From the IMG/VR virus record IMGVR_UViG_3300031994_004484: DNA of 64,000 bases; one strand, written 5' to 3'. This document shows positions 47,373 through 58,175 of the stretch, piece after piece. The position numbers and the translations under genes were made by a program. The stretch is from a virus (Duplodnaviria; Caudoviricetes). The notes beneath the pieces were generated by a model. The model did no database searches and was not told where the DNA came from. It saw only the letters and a program-made list of their open reading frames with translations. Numbering within the stretch: position 1 is the first letter of the stretch; each line of letters opens with the position of its first letter.

Positions 47373-50300
47373 CAACATCACAGTAATACGTCCTGCGGAG
47401 AGGATAATATATGTCGAACCAAACGACATATTCGGAAGTGTTGATGGAATACCGTTGACACCTGATTATACAGACCTCTGCATAAGTTTCGACCTCATTG
47501 TTGAGGTCGTTTCGCGCTTGAGGGCAAATAGTGCAACAATATCAAAAGACGCTGAAGACAACAGCACAAAAACATACGTTATCTCATGGACATCAAAATA
47601 TGGGGAGAATGAGGAAACGGGCCCTAATTATGTCTCGTTCATGGGAGGTGAAAATTATGGGGTTAAGGACGGCCCGAGTTATCTCACCACATATTATGTT
47701 GACAGTCATTACAACGAGTTCAAAAACAGAACGATAGTCGAAGGTCTTGGTGTCGAAAGTCTTTCGATAACGTTTGAAACTTATTATGCACCCACTGTGA
47801 AGATAAGGTTCATTGATGTCAGAGGTGCTTCCATTTTCGGGAGAGAGGAGGTTCTTCATGAGGACGAGGTCTTGAAAGAAGACAATATATGGGGTTGTTT
47901 CTTTACATTTCCATATCCGAAATACAAGTTGCAAGTAAAGGGTTTTTACGGAAGGGCCGTAACATATCAACTATGTTGCACTGATTTCAGGGCGCAATTC
48001 AACTCACAAACAGGGAACTACGAAATAGACATGTCTTTTGTTGGATATGATTTCGGTCTTCTTGCCGATTTGCCTTTGCAATATGTCATTGCCGCTCCTA
48101 ACTGCAAATATGCCGACACGGAGAGTTTTTGGAGAACACAGGCTTTAAGTAATCCGGATTGGAGACTGTCTGATGGAAGAAGTCCTGAAAAATTCCTTGA
48201 AATACGAAACAAAATAAGGGAGACACTCCAAACATACAGTAACAAAGAGGAAGAAGAGGTTACAGTTGTCGAAATAGAGGAAGAGGTTGTAAACGGGGAG
48301 AAAAACGAGTATATCAAACAAATGAAAACATATTCCGACGAGATACTCAAAAATCCCGGCTTCAAAAACGCCGTTGACAATGCCAAAGCGGGTAAAACAA
48401 CAGCCTTGAAACCCGATTTTTCAAACCCGCAATACGGTAAGTTGAACATAACTTCCATGATGGAGAGCGGAAAGGATGTAAATGAACATAAGAATTGGTT
48501 CAATGAGATATCCGCCACTTTGTACAAACTTGGATTGATGTATTCTGAGTACAAAGCAAAATGGCCCACAAGCGATTTGTCGAAGCTCGATTCGCATTTG
48601 TTATACAATCCGTATAATATAGAGAGTGAAAAGGAAAAAGCGGAGAAAAATTTGCCGAAGGATTTTGCCGCATTTTACGAAGCGCTCGCGAAGGAAAGCG
48701 CGATAGAAACAGTCACCAGACGCGAAGATGTCAGAAAAACACCTGAAAAAAGTGAAATTTCACAGAAAATATGGGAATTGGTCGGTCTTACACCGAATAT
48801 AGGAAATGTTTTTCTCACTTTATACTGTCATATTGAAACTTTTGCACACATGATATATGAGTGTGCTGAAAGGATAGAAGGGCAGATAAGGCGAGGTGAA
48901 CGGCATCTGAAGAATTTAGGGCTTCCGTCTTCTGCATATATTGATGCCGATTTCGGGCCGAATGAAAAGGAAAAACAGATAGATCCGTTTCCCGCAGTGT
49001 ACACATTCGAGAAGGTGGATGTGAACAAAAGCGAAAAATCGGATGACGCACAGGAAACGGACAGTTCAACTGATGATGTGAAGGTTGATGCGTGGATACG
49101 CGAGGTCGTGGCAAAAGGAACGCCACCGTGGGAAGAGGAAATGTTGGTTGAGAATTTATATACCGCAGCAATGAAAGTCATTGAAAAAGAGGAATCGAAT
49201 ACGGTTGAGTTCAAAACAGGTTCATATCCAATAATCCCGTGCGATTTGAACTATGGAGAAGTTGCGGGCGTTGCTTTGAAGTACACGCCTGAAGACTTGG
49301 CCGGTTATATGGCTTTAAGGGCTGCCGCTATTTTTGGAATAAGCAAACTACCTGAAAAAGAAGCAAATAATATTGGAAAAGCCGATGCCATAAACTATTT
49401 CACTTCAGGACCGCAAAAAGAGACAATACAAAAGAAAATATTTGATCAGTTGACAGCAACTGAAGGTAACTACACCGATATTCTTTATAATATAGCTTTA
49501 TGTAAGTCAAAAGACGGAAAATACCCGTTTGAAGAATATGGTTTATATGTTGATGATAATAGGGAAAAAAACCAAAACACAAGGCAACCGTTTTTTGTTG
49601 AAAAGGAAGGGAAGCTTCATTATTCATATACAACAAACGGAAAAGATTTGAAAGGCAGTAATAATGATGTTATACAATATGTTCCGGTTAGATTGAATTC
49701 ATGGGACGGCATAAAAAATAACGATTTATATCCGAATATACCCAAGGGGCGTAAAAATGGAGACCGAATAGGTTATTACCTCGTATTATCAAATAATGAT
49801 GATAATACGTATGAAAGCACTGTACTACACAGCAGATGGAGTAGCGGTATATTCGATAATAGGTATTACACGGTAAAGAACGAACCAAACACCATAGTAA
49901 CCAAGCAAGAATATATAAACAACAACATATTCACCATATATTATGGCGGAATGAATTATAATGAAAAAATTGAAGAAGTTTATCAGGAACTGAAGGAAGG
50001 GAATGTTGATGTTAATGGTTATTCAGCCAATCAGAAGGAAGTGTTTTCCCCAATTGTAAAAACGTGGAATTTTGTAGATGACAATTCTCTGAGAAGCAGA
50101 TATTATTCAGATTCAACACAAATAAGGAAACTTTTAAATACATTGTATCCTTCCGAAAAGGAAAAGAAAGAGATTGATTCATGGGAATCATCGAAATATA
50201 TGAGTGATTTTGTTAATAAGGGTGTTATAAACTATCTCGACGGTTCATTTAAGGATGGTAGTACCGAGTATTCTGAAAACGACTTTTTTGTCATACCGTT

Positions 50301-52908
50301 TTTATCACTTAAAACAAATATACCAAACAACAACGCGTTTTTTAAGGTCAATGTATTTACAACAGACATATATTATAAACAAAATGAGAAGAAAAACGGG
50401 GTTGATGAAGCCAAAGCGTTGTTGTTTCTCTTAGCTATAACAAACGGTATGTTTGGAAAAGACATAACAAAGAATAGACCGCTATTCATAACCCCGTCGT
50501 GCGGTATGGTTGAAGGAATTCCGTTGTCATTGATATTGCTGTACGGTGGCCTTATTTGGAGAAAGAGGGAATTTGAAGAAACAAAACATGACGTATTTTT
50601 GTTCCCTAATAATAACGATGGCGCAGGTAAGACATATAAAGGGCTTGGTTCCAATGATGTCCCAATTTTTAATTTCAACTCAAAGATTGAACACGGCTTT
50701 TTAACAAAAGGTGAAACGGATGGGTATTATAAACTAACAGATTTAACAGGTATAAACGGGAAAGGCATGCTTGACGCGGCAATGGCAAACCTGATGATTG
50801 AAAAGTTCAAATGGTTTGTTGCGAACGAATGGCCTAAGATTAGAGATGGTTTTGAGTTGTCAGACAGATTAACAGCAAAGGACTTTATTAAAATTGCAAA
50901 ATCGACAAACAACCAAACATATGATTTCGCGATTGAAAATAAAGAGTTAAAAGAAAGGTTAAACCAATATGCTCTTTTATCAGAATATAATGAAAAATAC
51001 GCTTTTGCAATATCTAGTATAACAGGAAATTGTATTTTCAGCATACCATGGGACGGTGGCGAAAATACCAACAAAGAGGTAATGGATATTTTGAAATCCA
51101 TGTATCTGAAAAAGATTTTTATACAGAAAACAGTCGGTTCTTTCTCAAACTCAGATGCAAAATCCGGTGATGATGTTGCCATTTCCAAAAATGCGTTCAA
51201 GAACTATATTTCAGGTTTCACTGAACAGTTAAAAACAATGATTGACAGTGAAACGGTAAACTCCCTTGAAAACAAGTCTGACTATGAAGACGACGAACAA
51301 ACAAGGGATTTGAAACGCCTAATATATATGTTTCTCAAAAACCTGTGGGATAGATGGTTTTCAGGCAATGATGAGAAATTGTTCACTGTAAAGAACTACA
51401 TGGCGAACACCATTTTCATGGATTCAATGTATCGTAATGTCTATGAAAACATACACATAAACTGTGAAATGTTGTTGGATTTGATAACACAATACGACGA
51501 AAAGTCAATGGTTTTCAAATTCCTCTCTGATATAACCACAAGGCATAACTGCATGTTTTTTGCATTGCCGGATTATATCAACATAGGTAACGAGAACGAT
51601 TCGGATGCGGAATCGGCAATGGAGACATTGTTCAAACCAATGCCGTTTTCCAACATAAACAAGATAGAGTCTTTCAACAAATATATCGTGATGTTCACAC
51701 ATCAGCCGTCACAGATAAACGACAACAAGAACGGGTATAAATACGACAGTTTTGATTTGTACAGCCATGATTCCGACAAGCTTAGTATATTGAGCACGTT
51801 CAAGAGGAATTGTATGTCAGGAACGTCTGAAAATGACACCAAACATAATAAGATGATAAGGAGGTACGGATACAACGTGCCATCATTCGGCGTTTCGTTT
51901 GGGCGGCAGCACAATTCAATATTCAAGAATGTAAGTGTCGGCATGCAAAACCCAATACAGACCGAACAAACCATTGATGCAATGGCAAGGTTGGCTGAAA
52001 AGGGTGGTGGTTCCGGCTCAAGAATGGTTTTCTATGGGCAGGATTTATACACGGTGTTTTCAGGATATGCATATACAGCCACAATTGAAATGATGGGTAA
52101 TGCGCAGATAATGCCTCTCATGTATTTCCAATTATTCAACATACCGATGTTCCGTGGGGCGTATATGATATACAGCGTAAGCCATACAATGAAACCCGGT
52201 GACATGACGACAACTGTCAAGGCAATGAAGATGTCGAAACATACACTTCCTTATTGTCAGGAATGGTTTACACACTATTACTTTGATTCACAAGGCAACG
52301 TGATAAAAAATAGCGATGATGAATGTAATGTAATAAGCGATTGCAAAGACCTTGCCAGTTATCATGTTGACGCGGCTAATCTGTCAGAACACGAGGCTTT
52401 GGCTACAAAAGGTGTTGATTGGAAAATAACACATATAAAAGAGAAAGACACGGAGGCCAAGTGCAAACAACTGATAACCACGATAAAGATAAAAGTGCAT
52501 TCATCACAAGAATCGACGAAAGAATACAATATTCAGGTAAATAAAAATTTAGCAGATAAATTTCAGGCTATTTTTGATGAAATATACAGGACAAAAATAA
52601 ATGTTGATGGAAAAGAAAAGTGGCTTGTTGTAAATCAGCCGCCACACGCATATAAATGGAGAACTGTACAAGGTACCGGAAAAGCGGAAGTAAAATTGTC
52701 AAACCACTCATATGGCGTTGCAATAGACATAAATGCAAATATGAACCCATACGATTGCCAAAAGGCATTACAGATTTCAAAGAAAGACACTGAAGTTTGT
52801 ATACGAACAACAGAAAGCCAGTTTGTTAAAATATTTGCAAAATACGGTTTTGGGTGGGGTGGAAGGTACAAAGACTTCATGCATTTCAGTTATTTTGACG
52901 GAAGATAA
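47359..52908 (+). CDS. Large baseplate hub protein with C-terminal M15-family peptidase
   Basis: FIDVRG, FPYPKY.L.VKG and MMGNAQIMPLMYF hub-like motifs; SNHSYGVAIDIN and WGG...DFMHF. Confidence 0.75.
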   Translation: MEENNNITVIRPAERIIYVEPNDIFGSVDGIPLTPDYTDLCISFDLIVEVVSRLRANSATISKDAEDNSTKTYVISWTSKYGENEETGPNYVSFMGGENYGVKDGPSYLTTYYVDSHYNEFKNRTIVEGLGVESLSITFETYYAPTVKIRFIDVRGASIFGREEVLHEDEVLKEDNIWGCFFTFPYPKYKLQVKGFYGRAVTYQLCCTDFRAQFNSQTGNYEIDMSFVGYDFGLLADLPLQYVIAAPNCKYADTESFWRTQALSNPDWRLSDGRSPEKFLEIRNKIRETLQTYSNKEEEEVTVVEIEEEVVNGEKNEYIKQMKTYSDEILKNPGFKNAVDNAKAGKTTALKPDFSNPQYGKLNITSMMESGKDVNEHKNWFNEISATLYKLGLMYSEYKAKWPTSDLSKLDSHLLYNPYNIESEKEKAEKNLPKDFAAFYEALAKESAIETVTRREDVRKTPEKSEISQKIWELVGLTPNIGNVFLTLYCHIETFAHMIYECAERIEGQIRRGERHLKNLGLPSSAYIDADFGPNEKEKQIDPFPAVYTFEKVDVNKSEKSDDAQETDSSTDDVKVDAWIREVVAKGTPPWEEEMLVENLYTAAMKVIEKEESNTVEFKTGSYPIIPCDLNYGEVAGVALKYTPEDLAGYMALRAAAIFGISKLPEKEANNIGKADAINYFTSGPQKETIQKKIFDQLTATEGNYTDILYNIALCKSKDGKYPFEEYGLYVDDNREKNQNTRQPFFVEKEGKLHYSYTTNGKDLKGSNNDVIQYVPVRLNSWDGIKNNDLYPNIPKGRKNGDRIGYYLVLSNNDDNTYESTVLHSRWSSGIFDNRYYTVKNEPNTIVTKQEYINNNIFTIYYGGMNYNEKIEEVYQELKEGNVDVNGYSANQKEVFSPIVKTWNFVDDNSLRSRYYSDSTQIRKLLNTLYPSEKEKKEIDSWESSKYMSDFVNKGVINYLDGSFKDGSTEYSENDFFVIPFLSLKTNIPNNNAFFKVNVFTTDIYYKQNEKKNGVDEAKALLFLLAITNGMFGKDITKNRPLFITPSCGMVEGIPLSLILLYGGLIWRKREFEETKHDVFLFPNNNDGAGKTYKGLGSNDVPIFNFNSKIEHGFLTKGETDGYYKLTDLTGINGKGMLDAAMANLMIEKFKWFVANEWPKIRDGFELSDRLTAKDFIKIAKSTNNQTYDFAIENKELKERLNQYALLSEYNEKYAFAISSITGNCIFSIPWDGGENTNKEVMDILKSMYLKKIFIQKTVGSFSNSDAKSGDDVAISKNAFKNYISGFTEQLKTMIDSETVNSLENKSDYEDDEQTRDLKRLIYMFLKNLWDRWFSGNDEKLFTVKNYMANTIFMDSMYRNVYENIHINCEMLLDLITQYDEKSMVFKFLSDITTRHNCMFFALPDYINIGNENDSDAESAMETLFKPMPFSNINKIESFNKYIVMFTHQPSQINDNKNGYKYDSFDLYSHDSDKLSILSTFKRNCMSGTSENDTKHNKMIRRYGYNVPSFGVSFGRQHNSIFKNVSVGMQNPIQTEQTIDAMARLAEKGGGSGSRMVFYGQDLYTVFSGYAYTATIEMMGNAQIMPLMYFQLFNIPMFRGAYMIYSVSHTMKPGDMTTTVKAMKMSKHTLPYCQEWFTHYYFDSQGNVIKNSDDECNVISDCKDLASYHVDAANLSEHEALATKGVDWKITHIKEKDTEAKCKQLITTIKIKVHSSQESTKEYNIQVNKNLADKFQAIFDEIYRTKINVDGKEKWLVVNQPPHAYKWRTVQGTGKAEVKLSNHSYGVAIDINANMNPYDCQKALQISKKDTEVCIRTTESQFVKIFAKYGFGWGGRYKDFMHFSYFDGR

Positions 52909-52930
52909 TAAAAATTTATTATAAAACAAT

Positions 52931-53464
52931 ATGGCAAATTGCGGATTAAAAACAAAGACAGAACCAACATACAAAACAACACAGATTTCAAACGACGAAA
53001 GGCAAAACAATGCCATGCAAATAATGAAATCGCTTCTCTCATCCAATTTGGGCCTTACAGATTATATGGCAGCGGGGATAGTTGGGAACATGTGGGGTGA
53101 GAGCAAATGGAACCCGACAGCTTACACAGCAACAGACGCAGGGCAAGGGCAGTCGGGCGGTTTATGCCAATGGCATGACCAAGTGAACGGTAAAGGAAGA
53201 TTTACCAACATGCTAAATTTTGCGAAATCAAACAACAAGAATTGGCAAGACCTCCAATTACAGATGGCCTTCCTAATAGATGAACTAAACAGTAAACAAA
53301 AAAATGCGTTATCGGCTTTAAAAAACACCGACAATGTAGATGATGCAACAACAATGTTTTGCAGAAAATTTGAAGTTTCTTCAGTGTGTTACCCTGACGG
53401 AACTCCGACCGATAGGATAAAGAAATCCAAGGAGGTTTTGGAAAAATGGAGGCAACAACACTAA
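52931..53464 (+). CDS. Phage tail lysozyme (Phage_lysozyme2-like)
   Basis: AAGIVGNMWGES, GLCQW, QMAFLIDEL, FCRKFE. Confidence 0.85.
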   Translation: MANCGLKTKTEPTYKTTQISNDERQNNAMQIMKSLLSSNLGLTDYMAAGIVGNMWGESKWNPTAYTATDAGQGQSGGLCQWHDQVNGKGRFTNMLNFAKSNNKNWQDLQLQMAFLIDELNSKQKNALSALKNTDNVDDATTMFCRKFEVSSVCYPDGTPTDRIKKSKEVLEKWRQQH

Positions 53465-53521
53465 TTTCAATTCCTTTTTGCAGTATATTTGTACAGAACG
53501 AACATGCAAAATCGGATTGAA

Positions 53522-54145
53522 ATGGAAAATAGTTATATAGGAAACATCATAACAAAGTACAGTAAAGACAAATTCCCTCCGTTATTCAATGTGACGGAGG
53601 ATTTTTTATCGGCCGACATAAAATACCCCACAATTATAATAGGCCTTGACAGTGCAAGGGATAGAATACTTGATTTCTCAATATTAAGGAAATCATACGA
53701 AAACGACACACTATGGTGGACATACAAAAAAACAGAAAGAAGGTATGAGTTTGAGAATGACATGGAAAAATTTTACAGGTTCTGTATAGAGAAATACCTT
53801 TCAAGGACGCCATATTATTATTTGGACATAGCAAGGTATCGTTATAACGATATAAAAAGGATAATAGAGTGGGTTAATTCCGAAACCGAGAAAATATGCT
53901 TCCAAACAATGGAAAGCAAGTTCATATTCATTTATGACACGAAATTGAGCATTGTTTTCGGCTTGTCACTGACGCTTTGTGAGTATTGCGGTGTTAACAG
54001 AAAGAAGATAATATCAAGAATCAAGAAAAATCCGCAAAATGTATTCATATACAACACATCATTCATAGACAGGGATATACGCAACATAATCGGGAACAAC
54101 ACACACTACATCCTTCCGCTTGCGAAGATTTTTTCAAACAAGTAA
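53522..54145 (+). CDS. Hypothetical protein
   Basis: ORF downstream of CAGTATATTTG motif; start codon uncertain. Confidence 0.65.
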   Translation: MENSYIGNIITKYSKDKFPPLFNVTEDFLSADIKYPTIIIGLDSARDRILDFSILRKSYENDTLWWTYKKTERRYEFENDMEKFYRFCIEKYLSRTPYYYLDIARYRYNDIKRIIEWVNSETEKICFQTMESKFIFIYDTKLSIVFGLSLTLCEYCGVNRKKIISRIKKNPQNVFIYNTSFIDRDIRNIIGNNTHYILPLAKIFSNK

Positions 54146-54176
54146 CTATTTATCTTTAACAAATATATGTGAAATT

Positions 54177-54416
54177 ATGTTCAAGATAACAAACAGAAGA
54201 ATAAAAAAACATAAAATTTGGAGACCTAAATCTATCTCTGTTTCCACAATACCTGTTTCGGAAACAGCGGTTGTGCAAGAACCTGAAAAACAGGAGGAAC
54301 AAAAAGCGGTAGAAACAGAGCCTGAAACAATCGAGCAGGAATCCAAAACAGAGGTTAAAGAGGAACAGGAGAAGCCGGTCAAAAAATCGAAAAAGAAAAA
54401 AACAGAAGAAAAATAA
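54177..54416 (+). CDS. Small E/K-rich hypothetical protein
   Basis: TATTTAT at 54147; low-complexity ORF. Confidence 0.55.
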   Translation: MFKITNRRIKKHKIWRPKSISVSTIPVSETAVVQEPEKQEEQKAVETEPETIEQESKTEVKEEQEKPVKKSKKKKTEEK

Positions 54417-54436
54417 GGATAAAAAAACATATAACA

Positions 54437-54598
54437 ATGGACGAGAAACTTTTGAAGGCGCAGGAACTGCTCGGAGTCGAAGGGCAGGAGAACGAACCCG
54501 AAGTCAAATACGAAAGAAAAGAGAAAGGGCTTTATGAGAAAACCACAAGAAAACCCGTTCTTATAACCGAGGATAATAAAATCATGTTGAACGACTAA
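54437..54598 (+). CDS. 53 aa hypothetical protein (below ORF-track cutoff)
   Basis: MDEKLLKAQELL...KPVLITEDNKIMLND*; fills the operon gap. Confidence 0.65.
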   Translation: MDEKLLKAQELLGVEGQENEPEVKYERKEKGLYEKTTRKPVLITEDNKIMLND

Positions 54599-54602
54599 CA
54601 AA

Positions 54603-55418
54603 ATGGCTGTTGATATAAATTACATCAAGGAATGCAAGCTTGAGGACGTGTACAAGCGCATGCATCAAATAAACGAATACGTCATAACAAACGGAAGAAC
54701 TTCCGAAGCCGCAGAAATGCCTCAGGACGACAACGGTATGGACCCGAACGCAATGCCACAAGGCGGTGATATGCAAGGTCAGGGTCAGGAACAGATGCCA
54801 CCGGCCGGTGGTGACCCCGGAATGCAACAGCCCGACATGGGTGGCGAACAAATGCCTCAGGGACAAGAAGGAATGGAACAGCCCGCACAACCAGACCCTA
54901 CAATAGGTACCGACGTTGAAGATACACCTACAGACGAACCTATAGTTGACGGCATTGAAATGGATGACGAAACAACGGTCGGTCCCGACGACGAGGTTAT
55001 TGATGTTGACGACCTAACGAACTCACAGGAATCAACCGAATATAAGATAGACGGCGTTGATGACAAGTTATCCAAACTCCTCTCCATAGTTGGTAAGTTC
55101 GCAAATGCCATAGAAGCCAATGATGCCAAACTTGAGGACTTAAAAGCCGAGATAGAAAGAAGGAATCCCACTGACATTGAAAGGATTAACCTTCGTTCGC
55201 AAAACAGCCAACCATTCAACGTGAATCCCGGTGAATATTGGAGTGAGGTAAAGGAGAAGAATCCGAACTATCAGATTATTTCTGATAATGAGGTTTCACC
55301 GAACGACGAGGACAAGGTCTATACCATAACAGATGACGACCTCAGGGATTTCAACACAAGTGAAGTCGAGAAAAGTTTCTCTGATTTCCCGAGCGATTTA
55401 CTCTCATATTTCAAATAA
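54603..55418 (+). CDS. Acidic Q/P/G/M-rich protein with coiled coil, possible prohead core component
   Basis: INE motif, MPQGG-type repeats, coiled-coil segment. Confidence 0.55.
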   Translation: MAVDINYIKECKLEDVYKRMHQINEYVITNGRTSEAAEMPQDDNGMDPNAMPQGGDMQGQGQEQMPPAGGDPGMQQPDMGGEQMPQGQEGMEQPAQPDPTIGTDVEDTPTDEPIVDGIEMDDETTVGPDDEVIDVDDLTNSQESTEYKIDGVDDKLSKLLSIVGKFANAIEANDAKLEDLKAEIERRNPTDIERINLRSQNSQPFNVNPGEYWSEVKEKNPNYQIISDNEVSPNDEDKVYTITDDDLRDFNTSEVEKSFSDFPSDLLSYFK

Positions 55419-55441
55419 GAGAAAAGAGAAGGGAATTTTAT

Positions 55442-55474
55442 AATCCGTCATTAAAAAAAATGACGGATTTTTTT
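55442..55474 (+). terminator. Intrinsic terminator
   Basis: AATCCGTCATT / AATGACGGATT plus T-run. Confidence 0.85.
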
Positions 55475-55502
55475 GTTTGTATTATGAAATGTAGTATATT
55501 TA

Positions 55503-55818
55503 TATAAACAATGTTTGTTATAAACATTCTTAAAAAAACGATGTAAGTTAAGTGTTTATACATTAAAAAATGTTCTTTGTTATAATTTGGATAATATTCA
55601 CCTGTGAGGACAATCGCTCATCGGAATTTACATATGTAGTCGTTTGTAGTACCGCAGGAGAACTGTAATAGCAATAAATCCCTGAGATTCAGAGGCGGGG
55701 TTGTATTGGCTGAAAATTCACTAATACATAGGGTATAATCTTAATACTTAATGTTATACATATCTGAGAAGTGATATATGATAGTTTTAAAATAATCATA
55801 AAATAAAAGAAGGATAAC
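55503..55818 (+). other. Long non-coding, potentially structured leader or ncRNA upstream of ssb
   Basis: Promoter motif at 55491-55502; no ORF of 60 aa or more; several hairpins. Confidence 0.4.
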
Positions 55819-56853
55819 ATGACAGATTACAATGACAATTCACCGTTTGTGGTGAACGAGAAGAGACACACGCATGACGAAGGTTTCAAGAAAAAGGTTT
55901 TCGACCCGAAAATCTACCTTAACGTAAAACTCGCGGATGATGAGAAGAAAAGGGATGTCCGCATCAGGATTTTGCCTGCAAATCCCGGTTCGAGGAAAAT
56001 TTCAACAGACATTCGTATCCACAGCATGAAGGTTTCGACAGAGGTTGCCAAAAGCGGCTTCAAGAGTTTCATATGCCTTAATGATTCTCACATAATGGGT
56101 GACGAAAGAGGATGCCCGTTCTGCAATGTTTTTGAGGATTACAAGACCGCGGCAATGAAACTTAAGGACCCTGACGGAAATGTGGTAAACACCACACAAT
56201 GGAAGGCATTATGGAAGGAAGCCTACAGGCATGAGGCCAAGATAGCCCACATAGTCAGGGTTATAGATAGAGACCATGAAGATGAAGGCGTCAAGTTTTG
56301 GAGGTTCAACGAATGGGACAACGGGAAGGGATGCTACGACTACCTCAAGGAAATCTACAATCTTTACAATGAGGAGGCTGCAAGAAAGGCTTACGCGGCT
56401 GAATACAAGAAATCCCCGACATCAGAACAGCTTGCCGAGTATATGAAGAATGACAAAGGCGAGACAAGGGAATTCTACAACGTGTTCAACCTTGAAAACG
56501 GCCATGACATAAAACTCACCCTGACACACGGGGAGAACTCAAAGGACAGGACCGAGATTAAGATAATGGCCGAATTGAGCGAAAGCCCTCTTTCATATGA
56601 CGAGAACGAAGTCTCGAAATGGGTTAACGACCCTAAGTCTTGGAATGATGCATATGCTGTGAAGAACTACGATTACCTTGAAGTTGTATTGAACGGCGGA
56701 GTTCCCGTATATGACCCTACAGTAGGCAAGTATGTGTCGAAAGAGGAGAGGGAAAGGAACGAAGAGGAGACGGAACGTGAGGCAGCCGAGGAGGTGCTTA
56801 ATGTGATGGCTCCTGAAAACGGAAACACGGAGGACGAAGACCTTCCGTTCTAG
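55819..56853 (+). CDS. Single-stranded DNA-binding protein (gp32-like)
   Basis: RIRILP, H...C...CPFC zinc ligands, GVKFWRF, acidic tail ending DLPF. Confidence 0.85.
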   Translation: MTDYNDNSPFVVNEKRHTHDEGFKKKVFDPKIYLNVKLADDEKKRDVRIRILPANPGSRKISTDIRIHSMKVSTEVAKSGFKSFICLNDSHIMGDERGCPFCNVFEDYKTAAMKLKDPDGNVVNTTQWKALWKEAYRHEAKIAHIVRVIDRDHEDEGVKFWRFNEWDNGKGCYDYLKEIYNLYNEEAARKAYAAEYKKSPTSEQLAEYMKNDKGETREFYNVFNLENGHDIKLTLTHGENSKDRTEIKIMAELSESPLSYDENEVSKWVNDPKSWNDAYAVKNYDYLEVVLNGGVPVYDPTVGKYVSKEERERNEEETEREAAEEVLNVMAPENGNTEDEDLPF

Positions 56854-56874
56854 CCTGTTTTTTGTTTAATTATT

Positions 56875-56900
56875 GCGGGGACAACAAATCCCCGTTTTTT
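56875..56900 (+). terminator. Intrinsic terminator after ssb
   Basis: GCGGGGA / TCCCCGT plus T-run. Confidence 0.7.
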
Positions 56901-56935
56901 ATCATCATTGTTTAATTAAAAAAAATGTAAATATT

Positions 56936-58144
56936 ATGAAACAAGCAGTAAAAAAAGGAGCCGGAGTAAAAAAGAGCGGACTTGCGGCTTTCAAAGAAAA
57001 AAAAGGGTTGTTATATACTGAAGGTGATGTGGTAACAACAACATCCTCAAACGCGGATAAACCGATGAGATGGTTATTGATGCCAGAGGCATTCACAAAC
57101 GCATTGAAAATCAATTTTCCTTTAAATTATTTTTCTTTAGTTGTCGGTCATTCAAATACGGGAAAAAGCACTATTCTAAATCATATAATAGTTGCAGCAC
57201 AAAAACAAGGTCTTACTCCTGTAATATTTGATACGGAGAATAATTTTGATTTCACCTATGCTATGGATATGGGTATGGAAGCCACACCTATATACGGTGA
57301 CGTTGAGGTAGAAACTGTCGATAGTGAAACAGGTGAGATAAATGTAACAAAAGAACACCGAATTGTAAGTTATGATGGTAATTTCTTGTATTTCAACAAT
57401 GCTATTTTAGCTGAGACTTATGGTACGAATGATTATAGTACAGGGAAAACAAATGGCAAGCCAAGAAAGGTGGCGGTTATAGAAGATATAGCATATTGTA
57501 TTAACGAATTATTAACAGCTCAAGATGAAGGAGAACTTCAAACAGGACTCGTAATTATTTGGGACTCAGTTGGTTCCATAAACTGTTGGAAGAGTTACAA
57601 GAGTTCCTCAAATAATGCCATGTGGGATGCCAGTGCCCTGTCAGTTGCCTTCAATGGAATTATAAATGACAGGATACCTAGGTCAAGAAAGGTGTCATGC
57701 AAGTATGATAATGCGTTCATTGCCTGTAATAAGGTTTGGTTGGACTCCATGAAGAATCCAATGCCAGGAGCTCCCCCTGCTTTAGCCCTTAAGGGCGGGG
57801 CGTCATTTTTCTATGGAGCAAGACTAATTATACTTTGTGGCTCCCAATTAAGTGCCGGTGTTAAAAAACTGACTGCAACATCAAAGGGTTTGAATTACAA
57901 TTATGCATTGCAAACCAAGTTGAAGGTTTTGAAAAACCAACTTCCAAGTCCATATACTGTGACATATGAAGGCGAAGTGATATGTACACCGCACGGCCTT
58001 ATATCAAACGATAAAGACGAGTTGGATGCTTATAAAAAGAAACATATAAGCGAGATACTGAAACAACTGAATGCATCTTCTGACGGAACCGTAAAAGTTA
58101 CAGACAGTGACGACATACAATACACCGTAGAAGAGGATGAATAA
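56936..58144 (+). CDS. uvsX: RecA/UvsX-like recombinase
   Basis: GHSNTGKST Walker A, FDTE, IWDSVG, KGG motifs. Confidence 0.85.
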   Translation: MKQAVKKGAGVKKSGLAAFKEKKGLLYTEGDVVTTTSSNADKPMRWLLMPEAFTNALKINFPLNYFSLVVGHSNTGKSTILNHIIVAAQKQGLTPVIFDTENNFDFTYAMDMGMEATPIYGDVEVETVDSETGEINVTKEHRIVSYDGNFLYFNNAILAETYGTNDYSTGKTNGKPRKVAVIEDIAYCINELLTAQDEGELQTGLVIIWDSVGSINCWKSYKSSSNNAMWDASALSVAFNGIINDRIPRSRKVSCKYDNAFIACNKVWLDSMKNPMPGAPPALALKGGASFFYGARLIILCGSQLSAGVKKLTATSKGLNYNYALQTKLKVLKNQLPSPYTVTYEGEVICTPHGLISNDKDELDAYKKKHISEILKQLNASSDGTVKVTDSDDIQYTVEEDE

Positions 58145-58175
58145 AATATGTACTTAAGATAAAGACAAAAACACA

